Made by a program: the position numbers and the translations under genes. A DNA stretch of 42,299 nucleotides from an uncultured bacterium. Lineage in GTDB: Bacteria > Actinomycetota > Actinomycetes > S36-B12. Position 1 is the stretch's first letter. Every line of letters starts with the position of its first letter. The stretch lies in the NCBI GenBank assembly GCA_903934925.1, contig CAIZPS010000242.1, positions 1-42,299 of the forward strand, in the 5' to 3' direction. The notes under the pieces are model-generated. The model worked only from the letters and a program-made list of their open reading frames with translations. It had not been told where the DNA came from and did not search any database. Positions 32,842 through 41,405 of the stretch are shown in pieces.

Positions 32842-33737
32842 CAGACGAGATCCTCCGTCCCGGCTCTTCGGATGTACGTGAACACGAGGACCAAGATGCC
32901 TGCCATCAGCACGAAGGACAGGGCGCTGGCGGTCGGATAGTCTCGAAACTGGATGAAGTTGATCTGGATCGCGTTTCCGATCATGCGGTTGCCCGTGGAC
33001 CCCAGCAGCGCGGCATTGATGTAGTCGCCCATGGCGGGGATGAAGGTGAGCAGGGTGCCAGCCACGACCCCGGGCAAGGAGAGCGGCCACGTGACCTTGC
33101 GGAAGGCCGTGATCGGCGATGCGTAGAGGTCACCGGCAGCCTCGATGAGCCGGGGATCGATCTTCTCGAGTGCTGCGTAGAGCGGCAGGATCATGAACGG
33201 CAGGAAGTTGTACGTGAGCCCCGCCACAACGGCAATGCCCGTGTTCAGGATCCTGCCCTCGGGCAGCAGGTGTAGCGCATTGAGTGTGCTGGTGATGAAC
33301 CCCTCGTCGGAAAGGATCGTCTTCCAGGCGTAAGTACGCAGCAGGAAGGAGGCAAAGGATGGCGCGATGACCAGGACAAGCATGAGCGAGCGCCAGCGAC
33401 CAGCGCGAAAGGCGATGAAGTAGGCGAGCGGGTACGCAATGGCCAGGGCCAGCAGAGTGGCGATGCCGGCGTAGAGGAACGACCGGAGGAACAGCGGCCA
33501 GTACTCGGCGAGAGCATCCGAATAGTTGCTGAACTGAAGGCCGAACATGTACCGCCCCGACTTGCCCGGGACGGGCTGCTGGAGGCTGGTCAGGAAGAGC
33601 GTCACGAATGGGATGGCGAAGAACACAGCGAGCCAGGCGATACCCGGGAACAGCAGCAGGTAGCCCGTGCGCGACGATCGCTGAGCCACCGGGGCCGGAG
33701 CCCCTGAGACGCCCGACGTGGGAACGACGGCGACCAT
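32841..33737 (-). CDS. potB: Polyamine ABC permease (PotB-like)
   Basis: AYPLAY, YNFLPFMILPLY and IEAAGDL motifs. Confidence 0.92.
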   Translation of the reverse strand: MVAVVPTSGVSGAPAPVAQRSSRTGYLLLFPGIAWLAVFFAIPFVTLFLTSLQQPVPGKSGRYMFGLQFSNYSDALAEYWPLFLRSFLYAGIATLLALAIAYPLAYFIAFRAGRWRSLMLVLVIAPSFASFLLRTYAWKTILSDEGFITSTLNALHLLPEGRILNTGIAVVAGLTYNFLPFMILPLYAALEKIDPRLIEAAGDLYASPITAFRKVTWPLSLPGVVAGTLLTFIPAMGDYINAALLGSTGNRMIGNAIQINFIQFRDYPTASALSFVLMAGILVLVFTYIRRAGTEDLV

Positions 33738-33739
33738 CC

Positions 33740-34927
33740 TCAGACTCCAGTGCCGTCAGCCAGCAGGTGCGCGGCCGTGCGCGCACCCTCGGCTGCCTCC
33801 GGGTCCACCCCGGCGGTGCCCCCCTGAGCAGGATGCAGTCCGAACGTGTGGCTCGGGGACCAATGCAGGACGACGGGATCTCCGACCTCGCATCGATCGC
33901 CGACGATGACGTTCTGCTCGAAGACGATCAGCTCCTGACCCCAGGGCGCGTCGACCAGGTACTGGGTCGACACGCCCGTGTAGGAGACGTCGGTGACCCG
34001 GCCCTCGAGCCTGTTGTGACCCTCGGGGATCCGGCCGGCATCGACCGCGTCGAGAATGGTGATCTTCTCCGGCCGGACGCCGACCGTGATCTCGGTCCCC
34101 AGGCTGAAGCATCGATTCGACGGCACCGCGAGGGTGAGACCGTGTGCCTCGACCAGCGTGTGATCCCCAGATACCCCCGTACGGCGCCCGGCGATCAGGT
34201 TGGACTGCCCCAGGAAGTTCGCGACGAAGACCGTTCGCGGGGTCTCGTAGATCTCGGCCGGATGGCCCATCTGCTCGATGCGACCAGCATTCATCACAGC
34301 CACGGTGTCGGCCATCGTCATGGCCTCCTCCTGGTCGTGGGTGACGTGGACGAAGGTCGTGCCGACGTCGACCTGGATGCGCTTGAGCTCGATCTGCATC
34401 TGCCGCCGCAGTTTGAGATCGAGCGCACCCAGCGGCTCGTCGAGGAGCAGGACGTCCGGCTGGTTGATGAGGGCCCGGGCCACCGCCACGCGCTGCTGCT
34501 GGCCGCCGGACAGCTGGGCGGGCTTTCGCCGGGCCATGGGCCCCAGCTCGACGAGTTCGAGCATGCGCTCCACCTGGCCGCGAACGTCCTTGACGCCCCG
34601 GCGGCGCAGACCGAAGGCGACGTTCTCGTAGATGTCGAGGTGGGGGAAGAGCGCATACGACTGGAACACCGTGTTGACCGGTCGCTCGAAGGCGCGAAGC
34701 GCTGTGATGTCCCGATCGCCGATCATGATGGATCCCTGCGTCGGATCCTCGAGACCTGCCACCATTCGCAACGTCGTCGTCTTGCCACAGCCCGATGCTC
34801 CGAGCAGGGCGAAGAAGGAGCCGGCCGGAATCGTCAGCGTGAGGTCGTCGACGGCAACGAAGTCACCGAAGCTCTTGGTCAGGCTGCGCAGATGAAGGTC
34901 CTCCACCTGGCGCGTTCCATCCACCAC
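33740..34927 (-). CDS. potA: Polyamine ABC ATPase (PotA-like)
   Basis: Walker A GASGCGKT, VNTVFQSYALFPH, LSGGQQQR and LLDEPLGALD motifs; TOBE tail. Confidence 0.95.
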   Translation of the reverse strand: MVDGTRQVEDLHLRSLTKSFGDFVAVDDLTLTIPAGSFFALLGASGCGKTTTLRMVAGLEDPTQGSIMIGDRDITALRAFERPVNTVFQSYALFPHLDIYENVAFGLRRRGVKDVRGQVERMLELVELGPMARRKPAQLSGGQQQRVAVARALINQPDVLLLDEPLGALDLKLRRQMQIELKRIQVDVGTTFVHVTHDQEEAMTMADTVAVMNAGRIEQMGHPAEIYETPRTVFVANFLGQSNLIAGRRTGVSGDHTLVEAHGLTLAVPSNRCFSLGTEITVGVRPEKITILDAVDAGRIPEGHNRLEGRVTDVSYTGVSTQYLVDAPWGQELIVFEQNVIVGDRCEVGDPVVLHWSPSHTFGLHPAQGGTAGVDPEAAEGARTAAHLLADGTGV

Positions 34928-34967
34928 CGAGATCGCTCCCCTACTCGTCGGGTGTCGTCGGACGACA

Positions 34968-36179
34968 CTAGTTGCCGATGGCGCTCTGGAACTCCCGCTC
35001 GTACTTCTCGTTCTGCTCCGGAGTCAGGGTCATGAACACGTAGGCATTCGACAGCGTCTCGTCAGACGGGAAGATCCACTGGTTCTCCACGAGCGCCGGA
35101 TCGATCTCGGCCATCGCCTCCTTGGCGCCCTTCACGGGAGTGATGTACTGCACGTATGCCGCGACGGTGGCCGCCACCACCGGGTCGTAGTAGTAGTTCA
35201 TGGCCAGCTCGCCATTCTTCTTGTGCTGCGCGAGTGCAGGAACGAGCATGTTGTCGGTCCAGAGCGTTCCCCCGGTCTCCGGAAGGGCCACGCCGAAGTC
35301 CTCACCGAGCTGGATCATGTCGCCTGACCACCCGATCACTGCGATCACATCGCCGGTCTCCAGCGCTGCGATGTAGTCATTGCCCGTCACCTGACGGATC
35401 TGACCGCTGTCGACCTGCTGGGTGAGCAGCTCGATCGCCTTGCTGAAATCGTCATCGGTGAAGTTCGTCGGATCCGCACCCTGATAGGCCATCAGGATGC
35501 CCATGGTGTCGCGCATCTCGGAGAGCACCGTGATGCGTCCCTTGAGGGCCGGGTCGAAGAGCTGGTCGAGAGAGGAGAGGGTCTCGCTCCCGATCGCGCT
35601 CTGGAGAGCGGACTTGTTCCAGCCGAACGCACCGAAGCCGGACTGCCAGGGCAGCGTGTACTCGCGGTTGGGATCGAAGCTCACTCCCTGCCAGGCCGGC
35701 AGGAGGTTCGCGCTGTTCGGGATCAGCTCGAGATTCAGCTTCTGGGCGTAGCCGTTCTCGATCCAGAGCGCTGCCATCCAGTCCGTCAGGACGACGATGT
35801 CGCGGCCGATGTCCTGACCCTGCTCGAGCTGGGTGCGCACCTTGGCGAAGAACTCGTTGTTGTCGTTGACATCCTCGGTGTACGTGACCGCGATGCCGGC
35901 CTGCTCCTGGAATGCCTCGAGACTGGGGCGGGAGCCGGTCGCATCGTCGATATCGATGTAGAGAGGCCAGTTCGACCAGTTGAGGGTCTTGTCGGTGTCG
36001 CTGAGGTCCTCGGCCGAGGCCGCTTCACCCGCGGTTCCGGAGTCGCCACCAGCGCCGCAGGCCGCCGCCACCATGGCCGCGCTTCCGATCCCAGCCACCT
36101 GAAGCAGGCGACGACGGGATACCGAGGAACGCATCGTTCCGGCCAGGGCGGCGATCATCTCGGGGCGCTGCATGGTCAT
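34968..36179 (-). CDS. potD: Polyamine ABC substrate-binding lipoprotein (PotD/PotF-like)
   Basis: SRRRLL Tat motif, AAC lipobox, NWPLYID, WQSGF, GWSGD and LWTDNM motifs. Confidence 0.92.
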   Translation of the reverse strand: MTMQRPEMIAALAGTMRSSVSRRRLLQVAGIGSAAMVAAACGAGGDSGTAGEAASAEDLSDTDKTLNWSNWPLYIDIDDATGSRPSLEAFQEQAGIAVTYTEDVNDNNEFFAKVRTQLEQGQDIGRDIVVLTDWMAALWIENGYAQKLNLELIPNSANLLPAWQGVSFDPNREYTLPWQSGFGAFGWNKSALQSAIGSETLSSLDQLFDPALKGRITVLSEMRDTMGILMAYQGADPTNFTDDDFSKAIELLTQQVDSGQIRQVTGNDYIAALETGDVIAVIGWSGDMIQLGEDFGVALPETGGTLWTDNMLVPALAQHKKNGELAMNYYYDPVVAATVAAYVQYITPVKGAKEAMAEIDPALVENQWIFPSDETLSNAYVFMTLTPEQNEKYEREFQSAIGN

Positions 36180-36215
36180 GATTCCTCCGGACGTGGTCTG
36201 GTCAGGCTGACTTAT

Positions 36216-36252
36216 GGGCGGGCGGGTGGGCTGGCGGGTGGGCTGGCGGGTG
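36216..36252 (+). repeat. G-rich short tandem repeat (GGCTGGCGGGTG-like units) containing a G3N1G3N1G3N1G3 motif
   Basis: GGGCGGGCGGGTGGGCTGGCGGGTGGGCTGGCGGGTG between the aldehyde dehydrogenase gene and potD. Confidence 0.8.
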
Positions 36253-36285
36253 TGCTCGTTCGTGCTGGCACTCTAGTCCCAGACA

Positions 36286-37773
36286 TCACCCATTGTCGGT
36301 AAAGATCGTGCGGTGCCATGGCTTGCGTGCCTCTCCGGTGATGTCCAGTGACACATGCTTGACGAGGGTGTACTCGTCGAAGGAGTACGTCGACATGTCC
36401 TTGCCGAAGCCGGACTGGCCGAAGCCGCCGTGGGGCATCTCGCTCACGATGGGGATGTGGTCGTTGATCCACACGCAGCCGGCCCGGATCTCCCGCTGGG
36501 CCCGCAGGGCCCGGAAGACGTCCCGGGTCCAGGCGGAGGCCGCCAGGCCGTAGACGGTGTCGTTGGCGAGGGCGAGCCCTTCATCCTCGGTATCGAAGGG
36601 CAGCACGACCAGCACGGGCCCGAACACCTCATCCCGGACGATCTCCGACTCCTGACGGGCGTCCACGACGAGCGTGGGCCGGTAGTAGGCGCCGGCCGCG
36701 AGGTCCCCCCCAGGAGCGGACCCGCCCGTCACCACCCGGGCACCCGCTGCCCGGGCCCGCTCGACGAAGCCGGCCACCCGCTCCGCCTGCCGGGAGGAGA
36801 CCAGCGGGCCAAGATCAGTGGCCGGATCCAGGGGAGCGCCGAGGCGGATCGACTCGAACAGGTCGGCGACACCCGCCACGAAGGCGTCGTAGAGGGGGCG
36901 CTGGACGTAGGCGCGCGTGGCGGCAGTGCAGTCCTGACCGGTGTTGATCAGGCTGGCCGCCACGGCTCCGTGGACAGCCGCCTCTAGATCTGCATCGTCG
37001 AAGACGATGAAGGGCGCCTTGCCGCCCAGTTCGAGATGAACCCGCTTGATGCCGCGGGTGGCCAGTTCCATCACTCGCCGACCGACCGGGGTGGAGCCGG
37101 TGAAGGACACCATGTCGACGCCCGGATGCCCGACGAGGGCCTCTCCTGCCACGGGCCCGGTGCCCACCACCACGTTCACCACGCCGGGTGGGATGTCGAC
37201 GGCGGCGCAGTCCTCCGCGAGCATCAGCGAGGTCAAGGGGGTGATCTCCGCAGGCTTCAGGACGATCGTGTTGCCGGCCGCCACTGCCGGCAGGACCTTC
37301 CACATCGCCATCTGCAGCGGGTAGTTCCACGGGGCGATGGAGCCCACAACCCCGATGGGCTCACGACGGATGAGTGACGTGTGGACGCCGTCCCACTCGG
37401 CGGCCGCCTTGCCCTCGAGGTTGCGGGCCGCCCCGGCGAAGAACGCCACGTTGTCGATCGACCCGGGAACGTCGAACTCGGTGGACAGCCGGATCGGCTT
37501 GCCCGTCTGCCGGGTCTCCGTCTCGGCGTACTCCTGTGCTCGCGAGGTGAGCCTGTCCGCCAACCGGATCAGTGCGGACGACCGCTCGACCGGCGGCACG
37601 CGGGACCACACTTCGAATCCCGTGCGTGCAGCTGACACGGCATTGTCGACGTCCGCCGCACCCGCCAGCTTGAAAGTCGCGATTGTCTCCCCGGATGAGG
37701 GGTCTGTGACTGACGCGCTCGAGCCGGAGGTCCCCTCTCGAGCAGATCCCCCCGAGAAGACGGCCAGCGCCAT
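36286..37773 (-). CDS. Gamma-aminobutyraldehyde dehydrogenase (PatD/Prr-like)
   Basis: PWNYP, FTGST, LELGGK, NTGQDC, EVFGPV and EMPHGG..SGFGKDMS motifs. Confidence 0.92.
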   Translation of the reverse strand: MALAVFSGGSAREGTSGSSASVTDPSSGETIATFKLAGAADVDNAVSAARTGFEVWSRVPPVERSSALIRLADRLTSRAQEYAETETRQTGKPIRLSTEFDVPGSIDNVAFFAGAARNLEGKAAAEWDGVHTSLIRREPIGVVGSIAPWNYPLQMAMWKVLPAVAAGNTIVLKPAEITPLTSLMLAEDCAAVDIPPGVVNVVVGTGPVAGEALVGHPGVDMVSFTGSTPVGRRVMELATRGIKRVHLELGGKAPFIVFDDADLEAAVHGAVAASLINTGQDCTAATRAYVQRPLYDAFVAGVADLFESIRLGAPLDPATDLGPLVSSRQAERVAGFVERARAAGARVVTGGSAPGGDLAAGAYYRPTLVVDARQESEIVRDEVFGPVLVVLPFDTEDEGLALANDTVYGLAASAWTRDVFRALRAQREIRAGCVWINDHIPIVSEMPHGGFGQSGFGKDMSTYSFDEYTLVKHVSLDITGEARKPWHRTIFTDNG

Positions 37774-38060
37774 GTTGTCTCCTGTCTGCCGGTTCGGCGG
37801 TGTGTCTCAGCACCGCTTGGTGAGCGTAGGCCCCGATTCCCTCGCATCGAAGCACGCCCAACCCGACCGGGCAAGGCCACGCACGGGGCAGCACGCCTTG
37901 TGGGCCGAGATTCTGGTTGGCTCTGGGGTTCGCCCACGGGACTGACCCCTCAAACTCCTCTCACGGGGAGCCACTGCGCTGTACCGTCCGTCGGGGCGCA
38001 AGGAGCGGATCCCTGGTCAACGTCCCTCACCCAACTACCTGCCACCTGCGGAGTGACGCC

Positions 38061-39272
38061 ATGCATGTGCTGCGACAGCGACCGATACTGAGCGGCGTTG
38101 ACCTCAGCGAGGCCAATGACTGGAGCGATCCCTACCCGCACCTGGCGGAGATTCGCTCGCAGGGCCCGATCGTCTGGAGCGACGCGTGGGAGGTCTGGCT
38201 CACTGCCGACCATGCGTCGTCGCAGGGGATCCTCCGCTCCCCCTCTGCCCAGCGCCACTTCGTCCCCCGAGCACCTGAGCCCGAGTGGGAGAGTTTCAAC
38301 AGACTCAACGCACTCGCAGCACTGGATATGTCCGGCGATGACCACAATCGGGTGCGACGCACTCTTACTCCGATCATGCGCAAGGATCGACTTGCGCAGG
38401 TGTCATCTCTAGTGCAGCGGGAGATCGATCGACTGCTGGATGAGGTGGCGGCGCAGACGACGGCCACGGTCGACCTGGTTCCCAGCTTCCTGGAACCCCT
38501 GCCCGTCAACGTCATCTGCGCGGTGCTCGGGCTGCCCGAGGACTCGCGAGCCCGCCTGCGGGCCGCCTCGGTGCTGATGGTCTCCGCGTTCGAGAAGATC
38601 CAGACACCGGCAGAGGCTCTGGCGAGCCAAGAGGCATCCAGGGAGCTCGAGGACTACTTCACGGACCTTGCGTCAGCGAGCGGTGCAACCGAGGAGTCCG
38701 GTGCGCTCTTCGACCTCGTTCGCCAGAGTCCCGAGACCCTTTCCCCCGAGGAGGTTGTCGCCAATTCGGTGCTGCTCTTCAACGGAGGGACTGGGGCAGT
38801 CATCAACGCGCTCGGCTCGGGACTCGTGTCATTGCTCTCCCAAGGCACCCAGGGGCGGCTGATCCCGTCACATGGAGACTCCTCAATCCTCGTGGCCGTT
38901 GAGGAGATGCTGAGACACGAGACACCCATTCAGCTGTTCGAGCGAGTCGCCGCCGAGGACATCGAGTTCAATGGCGTGCAGATCGCTCGCGGGGAGCGTT
39001 TGGCCTTGCTGCTCGGGGGCGCGAATCGCGATCCGCACGTCTTCCACGACCCCGACCAATTCGACATACGGCGGGACCCCAATCCGCATCTCGCCTTCAG
39101 CGCGGGCGCCCACTTCTGCCTAGGGGCACCCTTGGCTCGCCTTGAGATGCAGTTGGCTCTGGCGTCGATCCTCGAGAGATTCCCCGGGATCATGCTGGCA
39201 AAGGAACCCGTACGGAGCCCTGGTTTTGTGGTCCGGGGCTACGACAGCATCGCCGTGACCTTGAATGCTTGA
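38061..39272 (+). CDS. Cytochrome P450 (atypical I-helix)
   Basis: Heme motif FSAGAHFCLG, K-helix EEMLR and ANRDP; RBS GGAG before ATG 38061. Confidence 0.93.
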   Translation: MHVLRQRPILSGVDLSEANDWSDPYPHLAEIRSQGPIVWSDAWEVWLTADHASSQGILRSPSAQRHFVPRAPEPEWESFNRLNALAALDMSGDDHNRVRRTLTPIMRKDRLAQVSSLVQREIDRLLDEVAAQTTATVDLVPSFLEPLPVNVICAVLGLPEDSRARLRAASVLMVSAFEKIQTPAEALASQEASRELEDYFTDLASASGATEESGALFDLVRQSPETLSPEEVVANSVLLFNGGTGAVINALGSGLVSLLSQGTQGRLIPSHGDSSILVAVEEMLRHETPIQLFERVAAEDIEFNGVQIARGERLALLLGGANRDPHVFHDPDQFDIRRDPNPHLAFSAGAHFCLGAPLARLEMQLALASILERFPGIMLAKEPVRSPGFVVRGYDSIAVTLNA

Positions 39273-39303
39273 TCGCAGGACCAATCGGCCCTGTCTCCAT
39301 GTC

Positions 39304-39345
39304 TCGAGCAACGAAGGGGCGTCCAGCAGCGAAGGGGCGTCGAGC
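39304..39345. repeat. 18-bp imperfect tandem repeat x2.3 between convergent genes
   Basis: TCGAGCAACGAAGGGGCG / TCCAGCAGCGAAGGGGCG / TCGAGC. Confidence 0.75.
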
Positions 39346-39362
39346 GGGGAACGCACCATCGC

Positions 39363-40208
39363 CTACTGGAGGAGCCCTAGGAGGGTGACTCCCACGACCA
39401 TGATGACGAGCCCGACAATCTGCCCCCTGCCCATCCGCTCACGGAAGAGCACATACGCCAGAACAGCCGACAGCGGAGCCATCTGTGACGACAGCACGGC
39501 CGTCACCTGGAGATTCACCGCCGCGCCGACCGTATAGACGGCGATCGCGGCGATATCCACCATCGCGAGCAGCAGCACCCACATCAGGGTCCTGCGCGGC
39601 ACACGCAATCTCATCATGGCCGCCATGGGAATGGCCAGCGCGAGCAGTCCGACAAGACGAGCCGGCAGCAGCACCCAGGCGATTGGCAGATCACCACTCA
39701 AGAGGCCAACGGACAGCAGGCCGCCCGCGAAGGCACACGCACCGAGAGTTGCCAGGAGTGCCGCAATCGCCGGTCGCTCCCCCTCGAAGGGCTCAGGGTC
39801 GCTAGAACGAGCCCCGATGATGATGCCCATGACGATCATCAAGAGCACAAAGGCGATCAGCGGATCGATCGAATTGCCCAGAAACGACGCTACAAGTGCC
39901 GCGATCCCCCCCTCCGTGGCCACGATGGGTGCCACGAGGCCCACCTTGCCGAATTTCAGTGCCGAGTAGACAAAGAGAAAGCCAGCAATATTGCCGCAGC
40001 CCGAGATGAGCATCAGCCACAGCTGTCCACCGGTGAGTTCCGGGATTCCGCTGAAGAGCGCCCACGGAATTACGACGACCGACGACGCGATGGCCGACAA
40101 TGCCACCACCTGAGTGGCTCGCACAGCCCGGCTCGCCTGGGCTGCCGCGATCATGCCAACGGCGAACAGGAAGGCCGTGATGCACCCAGCGACAACACTG
40201 ATCGTCAT
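39363..40208 (-). CDS. EamA/DMT family transporter
   Basis: 281 aa with about 10 TM helices; YSALKFGKVGLVAPI and AYVLFRERMGRGQIVG motifs. Confidence 0.88.
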   Translation of the reverse strand: MTISVVAGCITAFLFAVGMIAAAQASRAVRATQVVALSAIASSVVVIPWALFSGIPELTGGQLWLMLISGCGNIAGFLFVYSALKFGKVGLVAPIVATEGGIAALVASFLGNSIDPLIAFVLLMIVMGIIIGARSSDPEPFEGERPAIAALLATLGACAFAGGLLSVGLLSGDLPIAWVLLPARLVGLLALAIPMAAMMRLRVPRRTLMWVLLLAMVDIAAIAVYTVGAAVNLQVTAVLSSQMAPLSAVLAYVLFRERMGRGQIVGLVIMVVGVTLLGLLQ

Positions 40209-40330
40209 GGTTCACTCACCAGGCCTAGGGCCGCTTCGCCACCGGTGACCCGATCCGAGGAGCACCCGCCCCTGCGCTGCAAACGACTGTCTCAGAGTAG
40301 GCCATGCGGGGCTCAACGGAGCGGAGAAGG

Positions 40331-40371
40331 ATTGATCAATACAATCGCGAGCTTTGATTGCGCCCTATGCT
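40331..40371. promoter_or_regulatory. AT-rich palindromic operator candidates and -10 box in the divergent EamA/pfkB promoter
   Basis: Perfect palindrome ATTGATCAAT (40331-40340), inverted repeat CAATC-N8-GATTG (40342/3-40360), and TATGCT 6 nt before the pfkB ATG. Confidence 0.5.
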
Positions 40372-40377
40372 TCGATT

Positions 40378-41379
40378 ATGCCCACGGTCGTGACGATGGG
40401 TGACACCGTTGTAGAGATCTGCATGCAGGTCTCCGATGCCTGGGACATCTCACCGGACGTCGTGGCTTCTGGTGAGACGACCAGTGCGGGTGGATCTGCG
40501 GCGAACTTCTCCGCCATCGCGGCCGCACTCGGACTCCGCTCATTGCTCGTCACTGATCTCGGCGATGACTTGTTTACCGACTTCCTGACATCCGACCTCA
40601 CCGGGCATGGAGTCGACTTGAGCCTCGCGCGCAGCCATGCTGGCGGGAACTCCATGTGCATCATCATGATCGGCGCCGATGGAGATCGACGTTTCGTGTC
40701 CTTTCGTGCACCCGCACACCGCGAGCAGACAGTCGACTCGCAGACCTCCACAGACCGTCTTGGCGTTGCTCTCGCCGCGGCCGACTGGCTGCACGTGTCA
40801 GGCTTTTGGCTTCAGTCTGACGAGACCGCCGACATAGCCCTGTACGCGGCGTCCGAGGCTCGACGACTGAACATTCCCGTCTCTCTCGATCCGAGCCCTC
40901 AGATCATGGTTGACCAGACACCCCAGCTCAGGAGGATGTTGGGACTCATCGATGTCATCTTCCCGAACGCCTTCGAGGCTCGGTCCTACACGGGTCTAAG
41001 CGCGGCTGCCGAGTCAGCGGCCGCGCTTCACACATCGGGAATCCCCACTGTGGTCGTCACCGACGGCCCTGCCGGTGCTGTCCTGGTCGACGCCTCCGGA
41101 GAGCACGCGATAGAGGCCTGTGCCGCAGACTGCATCGACACGACGGGGGCCGGTGATGCCCTGGCTGCCGGCTTCGTCGCCGCATCGCTGGCTGGTTTGC
41201 CTGCCAGGACGGCACTTGGGGAGGGCATCAAGGCTGCCTCCCTTGCCATAGGCAAGGTGGGAGGCCATGCCGCCGCCCACGACATCGGCGCAGCACTGGG
41301 GCGCAGCCACCCCACCGGCACTATCCGCGATCACATTGCCCCCACGTCGTCGCTACGCGACGAGGCTCCCCTCACCTAG
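40378..41379 (+). CDS. PfkB/ribokinase family carbohydrate or nucleoside kinase
   Basis: GGSAAN, LGDD, PNAFEA and DTTGAGDA signature motifs. Confidence 0.92.
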   Translation: MPTVVTMGDTVVEICMQVSDAWDISPDVVASGETTSAGGSAANFSAIAAALGLRSLLVTDLGDDLFTDFLTSDLTGHGVDLSLARSHAGGNSMCIIMIGADGDRRFVSFRAPAHREQTVDSQTSTDRLGVALAAADWLHVSGFWLQSDETADIALYAASEARRLNIPVSLDPSPQIMVDQTPQLRRMLGLIDVIFPNAFEARSYTGLSAAAESAAALHTSGIPTVVVTDGPAGAVLVDASGEHAIEACAADCIDTTGAGDALAAGFVAASLAGLPARTALGEGIKAASLAIGKVGGHAAAHDIGAALGRSHPTGTIRDHIAPTSSLRDEAPLT

Positions 41380-41405
41380 TCGATCCACTCAACCGGAGGC
41401 CCACC

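Noticed and set aside
37962-38025. TPP riboswitch suggested by CACGGGGAGCC
   Set aside because: Lacks the CTGAGA and GAACCTGA...AATG core elements.
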